A stretch of DNA of 34,712 nt from Halodesulfurarchaeum sp. (GTDB taxonomy: Archaea > Halobacteriota > Halobacteria > Halobacteriales > Halobacteriaceae): positions 35,393 through 70,104 of the forward strand of contig JBDGUI010000004.1 in NCBI GenBank assembly GCA_042216015.1, written 5' to 3'. Shown piece after piece: positions 1 through 10,781 of the stretch; position 1 is the first letter of the stretch; every line of letters starts with the position of its first letter. The notes below the pieces were generated by a model that did no database searches, had not been told where the DNA came from, and saw only the letters and a list, made by a program, of their open reading frames with translations. The translations under genes were made by a program, and so were the position numbers.

Positions 1-39
1 CACACGATTCCCCCGATTTCACACGAGTTCCCCGATTTG
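1..39. repeat. Short tandem repeat, 2 x 19-20 bp, possibly truncated by the window edge
   Basis: cacacgattcccccgattt (1-19) followed by cacacgagttcccccgattt (20-39). Confidence 0.6.
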
Positions 40-610
40 GGTCACAGCTGTGGCCGAACGGGCGGTGGACCCCCGTGATCGATTGACCCGTTATAACTGC
101 CCCCTCCACCGGGCTACTTTCGTGACCGGCCGGCCCGGCAAAACGGTTTCACGGCTGTCGAACCCTTATATCCGTTTTTCACCTCACGAATTCCCTCGCT
201 CACACACTCCCGTTCGAAGTGGAGTCCCTCGCCCGGGTGGACGGGAGCGTTCGTCTCATCGATTGCCTTTGGACCCCTCGTGGCGCTGTTCGGGATATCG
301 GGAGTTTTCGGTGCGGCCGCGGGGGTCGTGACGATCGGTGGCGGACGGGATTGCCCTCGTGAGACGGGAAGGCTGCGCAGTCACGTCCCATCCCACCGGG
401 TTCCACGCTCGACTCCTGCCCTCGAGCAAACCCCTCGAGGCTGGAGCAGCATCCGGACCGACCGAACCCTCACCTGCGACGGGAACCCAAAATGCACATT
501 TGGACCGACTGGATCGCGGCCTGGGATCGGTCCTCGACCTCGACAGAGACCCGTATGGACCCCCTTCCACCCGAGCCGACCCGGCGTCTCGGTGAGCGTA
601 GGTGTGCCGC

Positions 611-1912
611 TCAGGTGACCGAAAGGGGATCCTCGAAGAGCCGAAGCGCGGTCCTCGAGAGCACGGAAACCCCGATGGGGAGACACGCCTCGTCCACGTC
701 GAACGTCGGCGTGTGATAGTCCCCGGGGTGGGTCGTTCCGATTCCGATGAGCGTTCCGTACCCGCCGTTGTCGCTGACTGCTTTCAGCAGATAGGACACG
801 TCCTCGCTCGACCCCATCTCCATCCACGGAACCACCTCGGACACGCCCTCTCCTTCGGCCGCCCACCCGGTCACCAGCTCGACCAGCGCCGGGTCCGAAT
901 CGTGCCTGATGGACTCCCCGATGGTTCTGTACTCGAGGCGGCATTCGTGCATCTCCGCGGCGGATTCGAGGATCCGCTGTGCCCGCTCCCGCAGGTACGC
1001 CATCAACTCGGTCGTCTCGCCCCGCACCTCGACTTCTGCCGTCACGCGATCCGCGACGACGTTCGTCCCGTTTGCCGAGGAAACGTGCCCCAGATTCACG
1101 CGGGTCGTGCCCTCCCGGTGCCGCGGTATCGCATAGAGGTTCTGGCCGGCCGCGAGGAAGGCCTGGAGGGCGTTGTCCCCCTCGTTCGGCGCGAGTCCGG
1201 CGTGAGCCTGTGTCCCCTCGAACTCGAATCCCATCCGGTTGAGCGCGAGGGCCCCGCGTGCTCCAGCGACGATCCCACCGGTGGGCTGGCCCAGCCCGAC
1301 GTGGGTCCCGAGCAGGTAATCGACGTCGTCCACGTGTGGGCCGTTGGCCATTGCCTTTCCCCCGCCGAGGAGTTCCTCCGCTGGCTGGAAGAACACTTTG
1401 AACGTTCCCGCGAAGTCGCTCTGTTGGAGCGTCTCGATGGTCCCCAGTCCGAAGGTGACGTGTGCGTCGTGGCCACAGGCGTGCATGTAGCCCTCGTTCT
1501 CCGAGCGGAACCCCTCCGCGGCGGGGACGTGGGCCGGATCGTCGGATTCCGGAACCGGGAGCGCGTCGATGTCCACCCGGAGGCCGACGGTTGGGCCCTC
1601 GCCCCGCTCCAGGACGGCGACGACGCCGGTCTTCCCACCCTCGATCGTATCGAAGACGGGGGACGCGCCGTCGTAGTGCTCCCGTGCCCGCTCGACCCAC
1701 GTCTCGAGTTCGTCGTCGTCCGGCACGCCCAGGCGAGCAGACGTGTCGAGAGCGTCCTCACCGACGAAAATCTCGTCGACGCCGATGGATTCGAGTTCGT
1801 CGACGATCCGGACGGTCGTGAGGAACTCCCGCCAGCCGGGCTCGGGATATCGATGGAACGTGCGACGAAGCTCGAGAAGCCGATCCCGGTCAGGTGGGGT
1901 GGCCGCTGTCAT
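611..1912 (-). CDS. M20 family amidohydrolase (AbgA/hippurate hydrolase-like)
   Basis: 433 aa acidic ORF with motifs RRTFHRYPEPGWREF, RVDIDALP, MHACGHDAH, FQPAEE, SED and YHTPTFD. Confidence 0.9.
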   Translation of the reverse strand: MTAATPPDRDRLLELRRTFHRYPEPGWREFLTTVRIVDELESIGVDEIFVGEDALDTSARLGVPDDDELETWVERAREHYDGASPVFDTIEGGKTGVVAVLERGEGPTVGLRVDIDALPVPESDDPAHVPAAEGFRSENEGYMHACGHDAHVTFGLGTIETLQQSDFAGTFKVFFQPAEELLGGGKAMANGPHVDDVDYLLGTHVGLGQPTGGIVAGARGALALNRMGFEFEGTQAHAGLAPNEGDNALQAFLAAGQNLYAIPRHREGTTRVNLGHVSSANGTNVVADRVTAEVEVRGETTELMAYLRERAQRILESAAEMHECRLEYRTIGESIRHDSDPALVELVTGWAAEGEGVSEVVPWMEMGSSEDVSYLLKAVSDNGGYGTLIGIGTTHPGDYHTPTFDVDEACLPIGVSVLSRTALRLFEDPLSVT

Positions 1913-2091
1913 TCCCGGAGGGTTGGTGCCGACTCCTCGAAGTACCTTTCCTCTTCACGAGATCCCGCACAACCTGCCGGGTTCGGATCGAAGCCGAATC
2001 GCCGTTTCGCTTCGGATCTGTGTGCTGAAAACCGGCGCGATATCTCCTGCCAGGCCCTCGGCCCGATAGCAACTGCCGGGTTCGTGGCGTC

Positions 2092-2256
2092 TCAGTGGTC
2101 GTCGGTTCCGTCACGCCTGGCGGTCCGTTCTGCCGTCTCTCGGTCCATGGTTTCCCGCCGATCGTGTTCGTCTCGAACGAGAACGTAGAGGACGAGCGAA
2201 CCCCCGACGGCAAGGAGGAAAAAGAGCGCGAGGAATCCGAGAAGCGGGGCTGCCAT
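2092..2256 (-). CDS. Small single-TM membrane protein, 54 aa (not in the ORF track)
   Basis: Hand translation MAAPLLGFLALFFLLAVGGSLVLYVLVRDEHDRRETMDRETAERTARRDGTDDH*. The ATG overlaps the TAA of the upstream zinc-ribbon gene (TAATG). Confidence 0.75.
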   Translation of the reverse strand: MAAPLLGFLALFFLLAVGGSLVLYVLVRDEHDRRETMDRETAERTARRDGTDDH

Positions 2257-2468
2257 TACCCGAGGAAGATATCGACGATGTCACTCGTCCCAGACGTCGT
2301 GTCCCGATAGAGTTCAGAGTACCCGCAGTTCGTACAGGACACGACCTTGAAGCTGTTCGTCTGGATGTCGAACATCTTCGAAAGGCCGCCGCCAGTCGTC
2401 GATATCGTCCCGACCTCCGTCTCTGTGTCACCGCATTTCGGACAGCCGCGTTCGGTATCGGACGCCAT
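2256..2468 (-). CDS. Zinc-ribbon protein (YpzJ-like, CPxCG microprotein)
   Basis: 70 aa with CPKCG...CTNCGYSELY and TGGGLSKMFDIQ. Confidence 0.85.
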   Translation of the reverse strand: MASDTERGCPKCGDTETEVGTISTTGGGLSKMFDIQTNSFKVVSCTNCGYSELYRDTTSGTSDIVDIFLG

Positions 2469-2522
2469 GACCTATCCGTCCCGGTGATAGCCGTATCAAT
2501 CTTTGTTTCGAACACACGGCTC

Positions 2523-2614
2523 TTGAATTAGTCCGGTCCGGGCCATTGAACCAGTCCGGCCCGGGACATTGAACCAGTTCGGCCCGGGCCATTGAACCAG
2601 TTCGGTCCGGGAGA
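2523..2614. repeat. Tandem repeat, 4 x 23 bp
   Basis: ttgaattagtccggtccgggcca / ttgaaccagtccggcccgggaca / ttgaaccagttcggcccgggcca / ttgaaccagttcggtccgggaga. Confidence 0.9.
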
Positions 2615-2705
2615 ACGAGATGAGGGCTTTTCGATAACCCACGAGACAGTGGTAGTTCGACGGATCCGCGAGGCAGCGCCATTTCGCCGAACCGGGGTGA
2701 CTGTC

Positions 2706-3437
2706 TCATGATCCCACCCACGAAATGAGTGACCTCGCCCGATCCACGACGGTGGCGACGCCAACGCGGATGGTGGGGAATCGCGCCGGTTCGGGAACGA
2801 ACGAGAGGGTGAGGTCCTCCTCGATGTGGCCCGCGTATTGCTCGTGGCTCTCGCCACGCCAGCGGATCGTCGTTTCGTTGCTGAAGTCACCGTGGATCCC
2901 GTGAAGCTCGAAGCCAGGGGGTGCCCGAAGGGTCAATTCATCCGCTCCCGGGTATGGACTGCCCTCTCCGCCGAGGGCAAATGGGGGTGGGTCACGGGTG
3001 TGGAAGGCGTCGAATTGCAGGACCCCGAGGGTACTGTGGGCAACGTCGGATGAAGTGTATCGAACGCGTAACGTCCCGTCGACGAGAGCCGTCCGGAGGT
3101 CCTCTCGCTCTTCGACGAGGGTGTAGGAGACGTCACGGACGATCGTCTCGCGAAGCGACACGTTTCCGAGCCGATCGCTCCCCCGTGTGAGTTCGACACG
3201 GGCGAGAAATTCCGCAGTCCCGTTTGGCCACAGACGAATGTGCATCGTGCTCGCGCCGCGTTCGAGGACCACGCCGCGAGCAGCCGCGGCCTCCTCGATC
3301 TGTCCTGTACAGACGCCACAGACTGGCTCTGGCGGGGCCTTGGCCGTCACGGTGGTGACGACCGCCTGGTTTGGACCGAGAATCGCGATGACGGCCAGGC
3401 CGATCAGGAGAAAGCGGATCGCCGTGGACGGTTTCAT
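2706..3437 (-). CDS. Hypothetical secreted/surface protein with CxxC (PPEPVCGVC), 243 aa
   Basis: Start reassigned to ATG 3437 (MKPSTAIRFLLIGLAVIAILG, signal-peptide-like). The longer ORF start overlaps the divergent gene. Confidence 0.7.
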   Translation of the reverse strand: MKPSTAIRFLLIGLAVIAILGPNQAVVTTVTAKAPPEPVCGVCTGQIEEAAAARGVVLERGASTMHIRLWPNGTAEFLARVELTRGSDRLGNVSLRETIVRDVSYTLVEEREDLRTALVDGTLRVRYTSSDVAHSTLGVLQFDAFHTRDPPPFALGGEGSPYPGADELTLRAPPGFELHGIHGDFSNETTIRWRGESHEQYAGHIEEDLTLSFVPEPARFPTIRVGVATVVDRARSLISWVGS

Positions 3438-3546
3438 GTGATCCAGTCTGGAATTCTGTTGCCCGTCGAATAACATTTCGGGAGTCAAACGGAGATCGAA
3501 TCCGGGGACCAACACGGCTTTGAGACCCCCCGTCTTCACCCCGAAC

Positions 3547-4224
3547 ATGCCGACGGCCGACCTGCCATGGTACCTCGCCCCGCTTTCCCGGCGAATCGAG
3601 GACCTGGCTCTCCGGCTCGCCGTGCCGATCGCCCTCGTCAATCTCGCGGGAACCGCCTTCGGCTTCTGGTACTACCGGTACCAGTTTTCGCTCACCCCGA
3701 TGGCGGCCTGGCCACTGGTCCCGGACAGCCCGCTTGCCACCATGTTCGTGGGCCTCTCGCTTCTCGCCTACCGCTTCGGGTACGAGGCCGACTGGCTCCA
3801 CGGCCTCGCTTTCTTCGGCGCGCTCAAGCTCGGCCTGTGGACGCCCTTCGTCCAGCTATTTCTCAACGACCCGGCCGGGATCGCGGCGTGGCTCTACGTC
3901 TTCCTGATCCTCAGCCACCTCGCGATGGCCGCCGAGGCGTTCGTGATCCACCGCTATGCCACGTTCTCGATTCCGGCGGTCGCGGTCGCGGTCGCCTGGT
4001 ACGGGTTCAACGACCTCGTCGATTACTTCGTGCCCGTCGCCGGGCGGGTGCATCACACCCTCATCCGGGCCGAACGGGTCGCCGGCGGGTTCAACCACGA
4101 CCTCCCGGCCCACGACTACGCGGCGGCGGTCGCAGTCGTGCTGACCCTGTTGGCGACGTTTCTCGCGCTCTCGACCCGGATCCACGAACTCCGGGGACCA
4201 TCCGCACAATCTCGATCCGCATGA
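3547..4224 (+). CDS. DUF1405-like integral membrane protein
   Basis: Multi-TM protein with NLAGTAFGFWYY, VPDSPLAT, SHLAMA and NDLVDYF motifs; ATG at 3547. Confidence 0.8.
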   Translation: MPTADLPWYLAPLSRRIEDLALRLAVPIALVNLAGTAFGFWYYRYQFSLTPMAAWPLVPDSPLATMFVGLSLLAYRFGYEADWLHGLAFFGALKLGLWTPFVQLFLNDPAGIAAWLYVFLILSHLAMAAEAFVIHRYATFSIPAVAVAVAWYGFNDLVDYFVPVAGRVHHTLIRAERVAGGFNHDLPAHDYAAAVAVVLTLLATFLALSTRIHELRGPSAQSRSA

Positions 4225-4379
4225 GCGACCGTCGATCCCGCCCACCCCGACGAAGCGGAAAATTTTGTGTCTTCGGGCGCCAATTTACAATAGTGAAGCC
4301 CGCTTCCGTCCGTCTCCAGGTCCAGGACCGACGGTGGGGAAACGGGCTGTGCTCATCGCGGGCAATCGAGTGACCCGAC

Positions 4380-4856
4380 ATGACCGAGATCGCCGAACCG
4401 AGCGAGTGGCTGTTCGACGGCAGCGAGCCGGGGCGCGATCTCCCCCCGGCCGAAGCCGAGGAGGTCGCGGCGTTGAGTCTCACCTACGACGAGCCGATCT
4501 GCACGACGCTTCCCGAGTCGGCAGTCGAGGCCGTTCGCGAACTGTTCCGGGGGTTTTACGCTCACACGCCCTACCGCCGAATTGCCGCCGTCGAGCGGGT
4601 CGACGAGGAGACGATCGCCGTGTACGGTGAGACGCGATCGAGCGCCAGCGGTGCCGACGACTGGGAGCCTCACCTCCATACCCAGGACGTCGATGACCTT
4701 CAGACCCTGTTGATCGAGTATTTCGGGCCGCTCTGGCGGGTTCGACGCCGTGAGCCACCCCTCGACCGATCGGGGGAGGCCGGCGGCGCGGTCGAGATTA
4801 GCCGCGTCGTCGGTCGACGGTTTCACTATCCCGGCGCCGAAGGGGATCGACAATGA
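4380..4856 (+). CDS. Hypothetical acidic protein, first gene of the AAA/vWA module
   Basis: 158 aa acidic ORF; ATGA overlap (4853-4856) with the AAA gene. Confidence 0.7.
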   Translation: MTEIAEPSEWLFDGSEPGRDLPPAEAEEVAALSLTYDEPICTTLPESAVEAVRELFRGFYAHTPYRRIAAVERVDEETIAVYGETRSSASGADDWEPHLHTQDVDDLQTLLIEYFGPLWRVRRREPPLDRSGEAGGAVEISRVVGRRFHYPGAEGDRQ

Positions 4857-5923
4857 GCGACAGGGGAACCGATCCCGGTGAACCGGCATCGGAGTGGAGC
4901 GAGGACGGCGAGTACTACGATCTCAACGGCCTGCGGGTCGACGTCGACCCGGATCGATTGCTCGCCGGGAGACCGACTGGTGAAACCCATGCCGGGCTCC
5001 GCGTGCTCGAGAACGATCACCCGGCGGTCCCCGAAATCGAGGTGCCGTACTTCCCCGCACCGCTCGATGGCGTGCCCCGCGACACCGAGGAGACGTTCTA
5101 CCGGGCCCTCTCGCTCCACAAACCGGTCATTCTCGAGGGGGAGGCCGGAACGGGTAAAAACCATCTCGTGCGCGCGGTTGCGTCGAGGGTCACCCTCCCG
5201 GTCTACCGCCAGGAGTTCGGCGCTGACACGTCCGTGCTCGATGTCGTGGGGGAGAAGGACCTCGACGGGCACGGGGGGACCTACTACATCCTCGGCCAGG
5301 CCGCGAAGGCCGCAATCTTCGGCGGAATCTACGTCGCGGACGAACTCAACATGGCGACGGGCTCGGTGACGGCGTATCTCCACCCGCTGTACGAAGACCG
5401 GGGCAAGCGCGAACTCCATCTCCGGGGCGTGGGACGCACGCTCAGGGACCTGCCCTCGGACGAAACGTGGGACCCCGGAAAGCACCTCGGGCGATACATC
5501 CACCCGGACTTCCACGCGACGGCGACGATGAATCCCCTCCACTACGCGGACACCGCCGAACTCAACGACGCCCTGCGCTCGCGGTGTGTCGTGATCGAAC
5601 ACCCGTATCTCGCCGCGAGCGAGGACGACGAGGCGGGGATCGAGACCGAGGTGGAACTCCTCCAGGTCGAGACGGGGGCCGAAGACGAGGACCGACTGAT
5701 CGACCTGGTCCGATTCGCGGCCGTCCTCCGCGAGGCAAGGCGGGAGGCAAACGCCATCGCCACCCCAATTGGCCACCGCGAACTCCGGGACACCGTCGAG
5801 ATGGCCGGGCCGAACGAGGAGTTCATGGCCTACGACGAGGCTGCCCGGGTGAAATTCGTCGGCCAGGCCGCGATGAAGAGCGACAAGCAGTTCATCAGAG
5901 ACGCGATCGCCGACGAACTCTGA
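4853..5923 (+). CDS. MoxR-class AAA+ ATPase (CbbQ/NirQ/NorQ/CobS-like)
   Basis: Walker A GEAGTGKN, Walker B IYVADELN, sensor-1 TMNP, arginine finger LNDALRSR. Confidence 0.88.
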   Translation: MSDRGTDPGEPASEWSEDGEYYDLNGLRVDVDPDRLLAGRPTGETHAGLRVLENDHPAVPEIEVPYFPAPLDGVPRDTEETFYRALSLHKPVILEGEAGTGKNHLVRAVASRVTLPVYRQEFGADTSVLDVVGEKDLDGHGGTYYILGQAAKAAIFGGIYVADELNMATGSVTAYLHPLYEDRGKRELHLRGVGRTLRDLPSDETWDPGKHLGRYIHPDFHATATMNPLHYADTAELNDALRSRCVVIEHPYLAASEDDEAGIETEVELLQVETGAEDEDRLIDLVRFAAVLREARREANAIATPIGHRELRDTVEMAGPNEEFMAYDEAARVKFVGQAAMKSDKQFIRDAIADEL

Positions 5924-5949
5924 GCGGTTCCCAATCACCCGTCCCGCCC

Positions 5950-7863
5950 ATGCCAGTGACGCTCACCCCCGACGTCGATCGGGACGCCCTCGCGACCGCC
6001 CTCGGCAGGGCCGTCGACAGGCAGGCCGTTCGCACGGGTGAGGCCCGTCGTCGCCGCCTCGAACGAAACCTCCGTCGTCTCTCCCGGGCCTGGGAAACGA
6101 CGGTCGAGATCGACGAGGAGATCCGCACGACTGCACTGGACTCGAGCGGCCCGGCGGACGAACCCGAATACGAGGTCACGATCACGGGCCGCCGGGTTCC
6201 CCAGCCGGTGACCGAATACGATCCGCGGGCCTGGGATTGGCTCGTCCAGCGGGCTCTCGCCGTGCACGAGGCCGGCCACATCCGGTACACGGACTACGAG
6301 GACTGGGAGGACCGACTGGCGACCCTCGACACCGGCGACGAGGGAGTGGCTCACACGCTTCACAACGCCCTCGAGGACGCCGCGATCGAGACCCAGATCG
6401 CCGAGCGATGGCCGAACTACTCCGATCCGCTTCGGACCATTCGTGCAAACCTCCTCGAGAACGCCACCATCGGCATTCCTGATCCCGAACGCGGCGGATT
6501 CGTCTATCCCGTCGCCCACGCCGTCCACGCCTCGATCCTCGACGTCTGGCTCGCTGCGGTGTACGACCTGGAGTTTGGCGTCCTCGATTCCCTGCTCGAC
6601 CCGGCGGATTCCACACACCACTTCGTTACCGATGCGGACCGAACGCTGTTCGAGACCGAGGTGTTGCCCCGGCTCCCGGGGATCGTCGAAACCGTCCGGT
6701 CGACCCCCCAGAGTTTGGACCGAAACGCGGCGATCCTCGACTTCGTTCGAACGGTTCTCGACCTTCTCGAGGACGCCGACGCCGACGGTCGGACCCAGCA
6801 ACGGGGCCGCGAGGGCACGGGTGCGACGGGAGAGGGGATGCCCGACGATTCGCGGGACAATCACTCCGGGGAAAGTGTGGCCCCAGCGGACGCCCTCGAG
6901 AACCCGGATTTGAAGGATATCGAACCGACCGAACGGGGGCCAGGCGGCTCGTCACTCGACTCGCTGTCGGCGGTCGATGTGATCGAGGACGTGGAAGCGG
7001 GGGCCATCGAGGAGGCCGCAGACGACGCCCGCGAGGAGGCTGGCGTGACGGAGGCCGCGCTCGACGAATACGAGGAGCTCGTCGGGTCGCTATCCGGCGA
7101 CGGTGAGTGGGCCAGTGACGGGCTCCGTTCACTCGAACTCGTGATTCCGACCGAGTCCTGGGAAGCCGACGAGACGGTCCTGGAGCGGGTCCGCTCGGCG
7201 TACCGGCGGCTGGCCCGAATCTTCCGAAATCGCCTGCAACACGAACGACGCACGGCAATTCGTCGGGGGACCCGCCGGGGCCGGCTGGATCCCCAGCGCC
7301 TCTATCGAACCGGCGTGGAACCGATGCCGGATGACCTCAGGCGCCATCGCGAGGAACCCGATGAGAAGGACTACCACGTCGCGTTCGTGCTCGACCGATC
7401 CGCGTCGATGGGCCGGAAGATCCGTCAGGCAGAACTCGCCCTGGGGCTCCTGATCTACGCCCTCGAGGACGTGGGTGTCGAAACCTCCGTCTTCGAACTC
7501 TACGACTCGACCGTGCGAATCGCCAAACCGTTCGGGGTCCCGGCAGATCGCAATCGGGACCGGCTCTTCCACGGACGAACCGGCGGGGCGACGCCGTTGA
7601 CGACGGTGCTGCACATCGTTCGAGAACGCCTGAACCGCGAGGCAACCCGGGAAACCAGACGGGTCATGTTCGTCCTCACGGACGACAGGCCGGCCAACCC
7701 ACGGAGTTTTGCACAGACGATCGAGGCGACGACCTTCCCGGTGGTGGGGGTGAACCTTGCCGAGGCACCGTCCACCGGAACCTATACGCGGTCGGTCGCG
7801 GCGGAACCGGGAAGCGATCTTCAGGAGAAATTGCGGCAATTGGCGACCGAGATCCTGTTTTGA
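5950..7863 (+). CDS. vWA (MIDAS) protein with N-terminal HExxH zincin-like domain (CobT-like architecture), 637 aa
   Basis: Start reassigned to ATG 5950. HEAGH and HNALED motifs, acidic linker, RRGRLD, MIDAS DRSAS...GATP...LTDD. Confidence 0.85.
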   Translation: MPVTLTPDVDRDALATALGRAVDRQAVRTGEARRRRLERNLRRLSRAWETTVEIDEEIRTTALDSSGPADEPEYEVTITGRRVPQPVTEYDPRAWDWLVQRALAVHEAGHIRYTDYEDWEDRLATLDTGDEGVAHTLHNALEDAAIETQIAERWPNYSDPLRTIRANLLENATIGIPDPERGGFVYPVAHAVHASILDVWLAAVYDLEFGVLDSLLDPADSTHHFVTDADRTLFETEVLPRLPGIVETVRSTPQSLDRNAAILDFVRTVLDLLEDADADGRTQQRGREGTGATGEGMPDDSRDNHSGESVAPADALENPDLKDIEPTERGPGGSSLDSLSAVDVIEDVEAGAIEEAADDAREEAGVTEAALDEYEELVGSLSGDGEWASDGLRSLELVIPTESWEADETVLERVRSAYRRLARIFRNRLQHERRTAIRRGTRRGRLDPQRLYRTGVEPMPDDLRRHREEPDEKDYHVAFVLDRSASMGRKIRQAELALGLLIYALEDVGVETSVFELYDSTVRIAKPFGVPADRNRDRLFHGRTGGATPLTTVLHIVRERLNREATRETRRVMFVLTDDRPANPRSFAQTIEATTFPVVGVNLAEAPSTGTYTRSVAAEPGSDLQEKLRQLATEILF

Positions 7864-7951
7864 AAACTGTGGGAAAACGAATCATCGGCTGTGCCTCTTT
7901 TCGTCCACGATCGGAACGGGGCCGAGCGATCGATTGAATTTGTGGCTTCGG

Positions 7952-8886
<935 letters not shown>

Positions 8887-8890
<4 letters not shown>

Positions 8891-10413
8891 CGCTCACGCA
8901 CCTCGATGAGGGACGGATCTTCGCCCGGAGCCGATCCCGAGAGGATCGAGGCGACGACCGTCACGAGGACCCCGACCCCGATCGCATACAGGGAGAGACT
9001 CCAGCCGAAATAGGCGGTGGCAAAGAGGACGACTCCCGAGACCGTCGTCTCGGGGAGGACGTTGAAGGCGAGGTAGATCGCCTGTGGGACGACGATCCCG
9101 GCACCCATGCCCGTCCGTGTCGTCCCCCGCCAGTAGAGCGCGAGGACCACCGGCCCGGCCAACTGGGCGAACCCCCCGAAGGCGAGATCGCCGATATCGA
9201 CCAACAGCGAACCGACGGTGGCCGCACCGAATCCCCCCTTCTCGATCCAGAGGCTCGCGAGCAACGCCGCGAGGGCGAAGACGACGACCCCGATTCGTCC
9301 CAGCTGATCCTCGCGACGATCCGAGAGGTCCCGGGCGACGAACGGTCGGTAGAGGTCCCGGGTGAAATAGGAGGATCCAGAGAGGAGCATCGAGTCCGAG
9401 GATGACATCATCGCCGCGATGGCCCCGGCGATGACGAGCGCGGCAAACCAGCCCGGGGTGTAGGCCGCAAGCAGCGACGGAAGCACGCTCTCACCCGCCG
9501 CCACGTCGGCCTCGATTCCCAGCCCGGCGGCCCAGGTTCCAAGCAGGAACGCGGGAACGAAAAGCAGGAGCACGAGCACTGGCCAGAGGGTGAAGGTTCG
9601 CTTCAGGACCCGTTCGGACCTGGCGGCGAAGAACCGCTGGTTGATCTGTGGAAACATGGTCACCCCGATGGCGATCGAGATGGCAAACGAGAGCATGAAC
9701 TGCGGCGTGTAGGCCCCTCCCCCGAGGGCGAGAAAGCCCGGCTCGGTCGCCTGGATGCCCGCGTTGATCGCGCCGATCCCGCCGTCGACGGCCACGAGCA
9801 CCCACCCCAGGGCCAGCCAGACGACGACGAGCATGAAGACCCCCTGGAGCGTGTCCGTCCAGGCGATTCCACGCATTCCCGCGAGTGCGACGTACGCGAT
9901 CATGAAGACGGTGATGAGCGTCGCGCCGGTCCAGAAGGGAACCGCGCCCCGGGTGAGCCCAGTAATTGCCGCGCCCGCGCCGATCTGCTGGAGCATCACG
10001 TAGGGGAACAGCCAGAAGAGGGAGACACCCGCGACCAGCCCCCGGATCCCCCGGGAGTCAAAGCGGTCATCGAGCAGTTCCCCGAGGGTCACATACCCCG
10101 AGCGCTGGCCCATGAGCCACTGCTTGTACCCGATCACGTACCACAGGACGGCGAAGATGAGCCCGTCCATCAGGCCCATGACGAGGATCCACTCCGGGCC
10201 GAGCGAGAACGCGGTGTCCGGCCCGCCGAAGAACGTGAACGCCGAGAGCAGCGTGGCGAACACGGTGAAGAGGAGCACGACCGTTCCGAGGCTGCGGCTC
10301 GCGAGGTAGAAGTCCTCAGCCGTCCGCTCGGTCACGCGGTAGGCGATCAGGCCGACCGCCAGCGCGACGAGGAGATAACCGACGATGATCCCCATCTGGA
10401 GAGTCACGCTCAT
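8887..10413 (-). CDS. Sodium:solute symporter (SSS, PanF/PutP-like)
   Basis: Start ATG 10413 (MSVTLQMG). Highly hydrophobic multi-TM protein with EDFYLASR, SAFTFFGGP, WTDTLQG, QRFFAA and AAMMSSSDS. Confidence 0.92.
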
Positions 10414-10673
10414 CGTCTCCCACCCCCGGGTCCCCCATCGTGGGTTCCGTCCGGCCGATCCCTGATCCCCGGTCGATCCGTGATCCAGAGCCCCCACGCC
10501 CGCGTGGCGAAGATCCGAAAGACGACCGCCGCGAGTCCCAGCCAGCCGATGTGCCACCAGAGCCAGAGCGGGAGTCCGAAGAGCAAACGAGCAGACCCCC
10601 AGAGGAACCAGGGGATCGCCAGTCCGAGCAACAGGGCGAACACGCCAGCCCAGCCGATCGATCGTGCGTCCAT
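10410..10673 (-). CDS. Small membrane protein of DUF3311/DUF997 type (SSS accessory), 87 aa
   Basis: MDARSIGWAGVFALLLGLAIPWFLWG...FGLPLWLWWHIGW; ATGA overlap with the SSS gene. Confidence 0.8.
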   Translation of the reverse strand: MDARSIGWAGVFALLLGLAIPWFLWGSARLLFGLPLWLWWHIGWLGLAAVVFRIFATRAWGLWITDRPGIRDRPDGTHDGGPGGGRR

Positions 10674-10699
10674 TTGATAACGAACTCGGTTTTCGAGGG

Positions 10700-10752
10700 T
10701 TAATAGGTTACTATTTCTTTGCATACTGCCCGTTCGAAGAAATATATTCTTC
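10700..10752 (-). promoter_or_regulatory. TATA box of the DUF3311-SSS-DUF6293 operon with two nearby inverted repeats
   Basis: TATTAA on the minus strand about 27-32 bp upstream of ATG 10673; aatag-gtta-ctatt (10702-10715) and gaagaa-atata-ttcttc (10736-10752). Confidence 0.5.
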
Positions 10753-10781
10753 AATGAAGTCCCATGTGGGATCGTTTCGGC

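Noticed and set aside
205..250. tRNA or structured ncRNA (ctcccgt...acgggag stem, gttcga)
   Set aside because: No cloverleaf could be built; a single stem is unremarkable at this GC content
5467..5949. N-terminal extensions of ORF-track calls (vWA, cetZ, SSS, small polB2 partner, speB, katG, dhs and others)
   Set aside because: The extensions overlap neighbouring genes or promoters and are Arg/Pro-rich; downstream starts match family N-termini
4853..7863. Cobaltochelatase cobS/cobT assignment
   Set aside because: Architecture is similar, but there is no cobN or other cobalamin gene nearby and the motifs are generic for MoxR/vWA pairs
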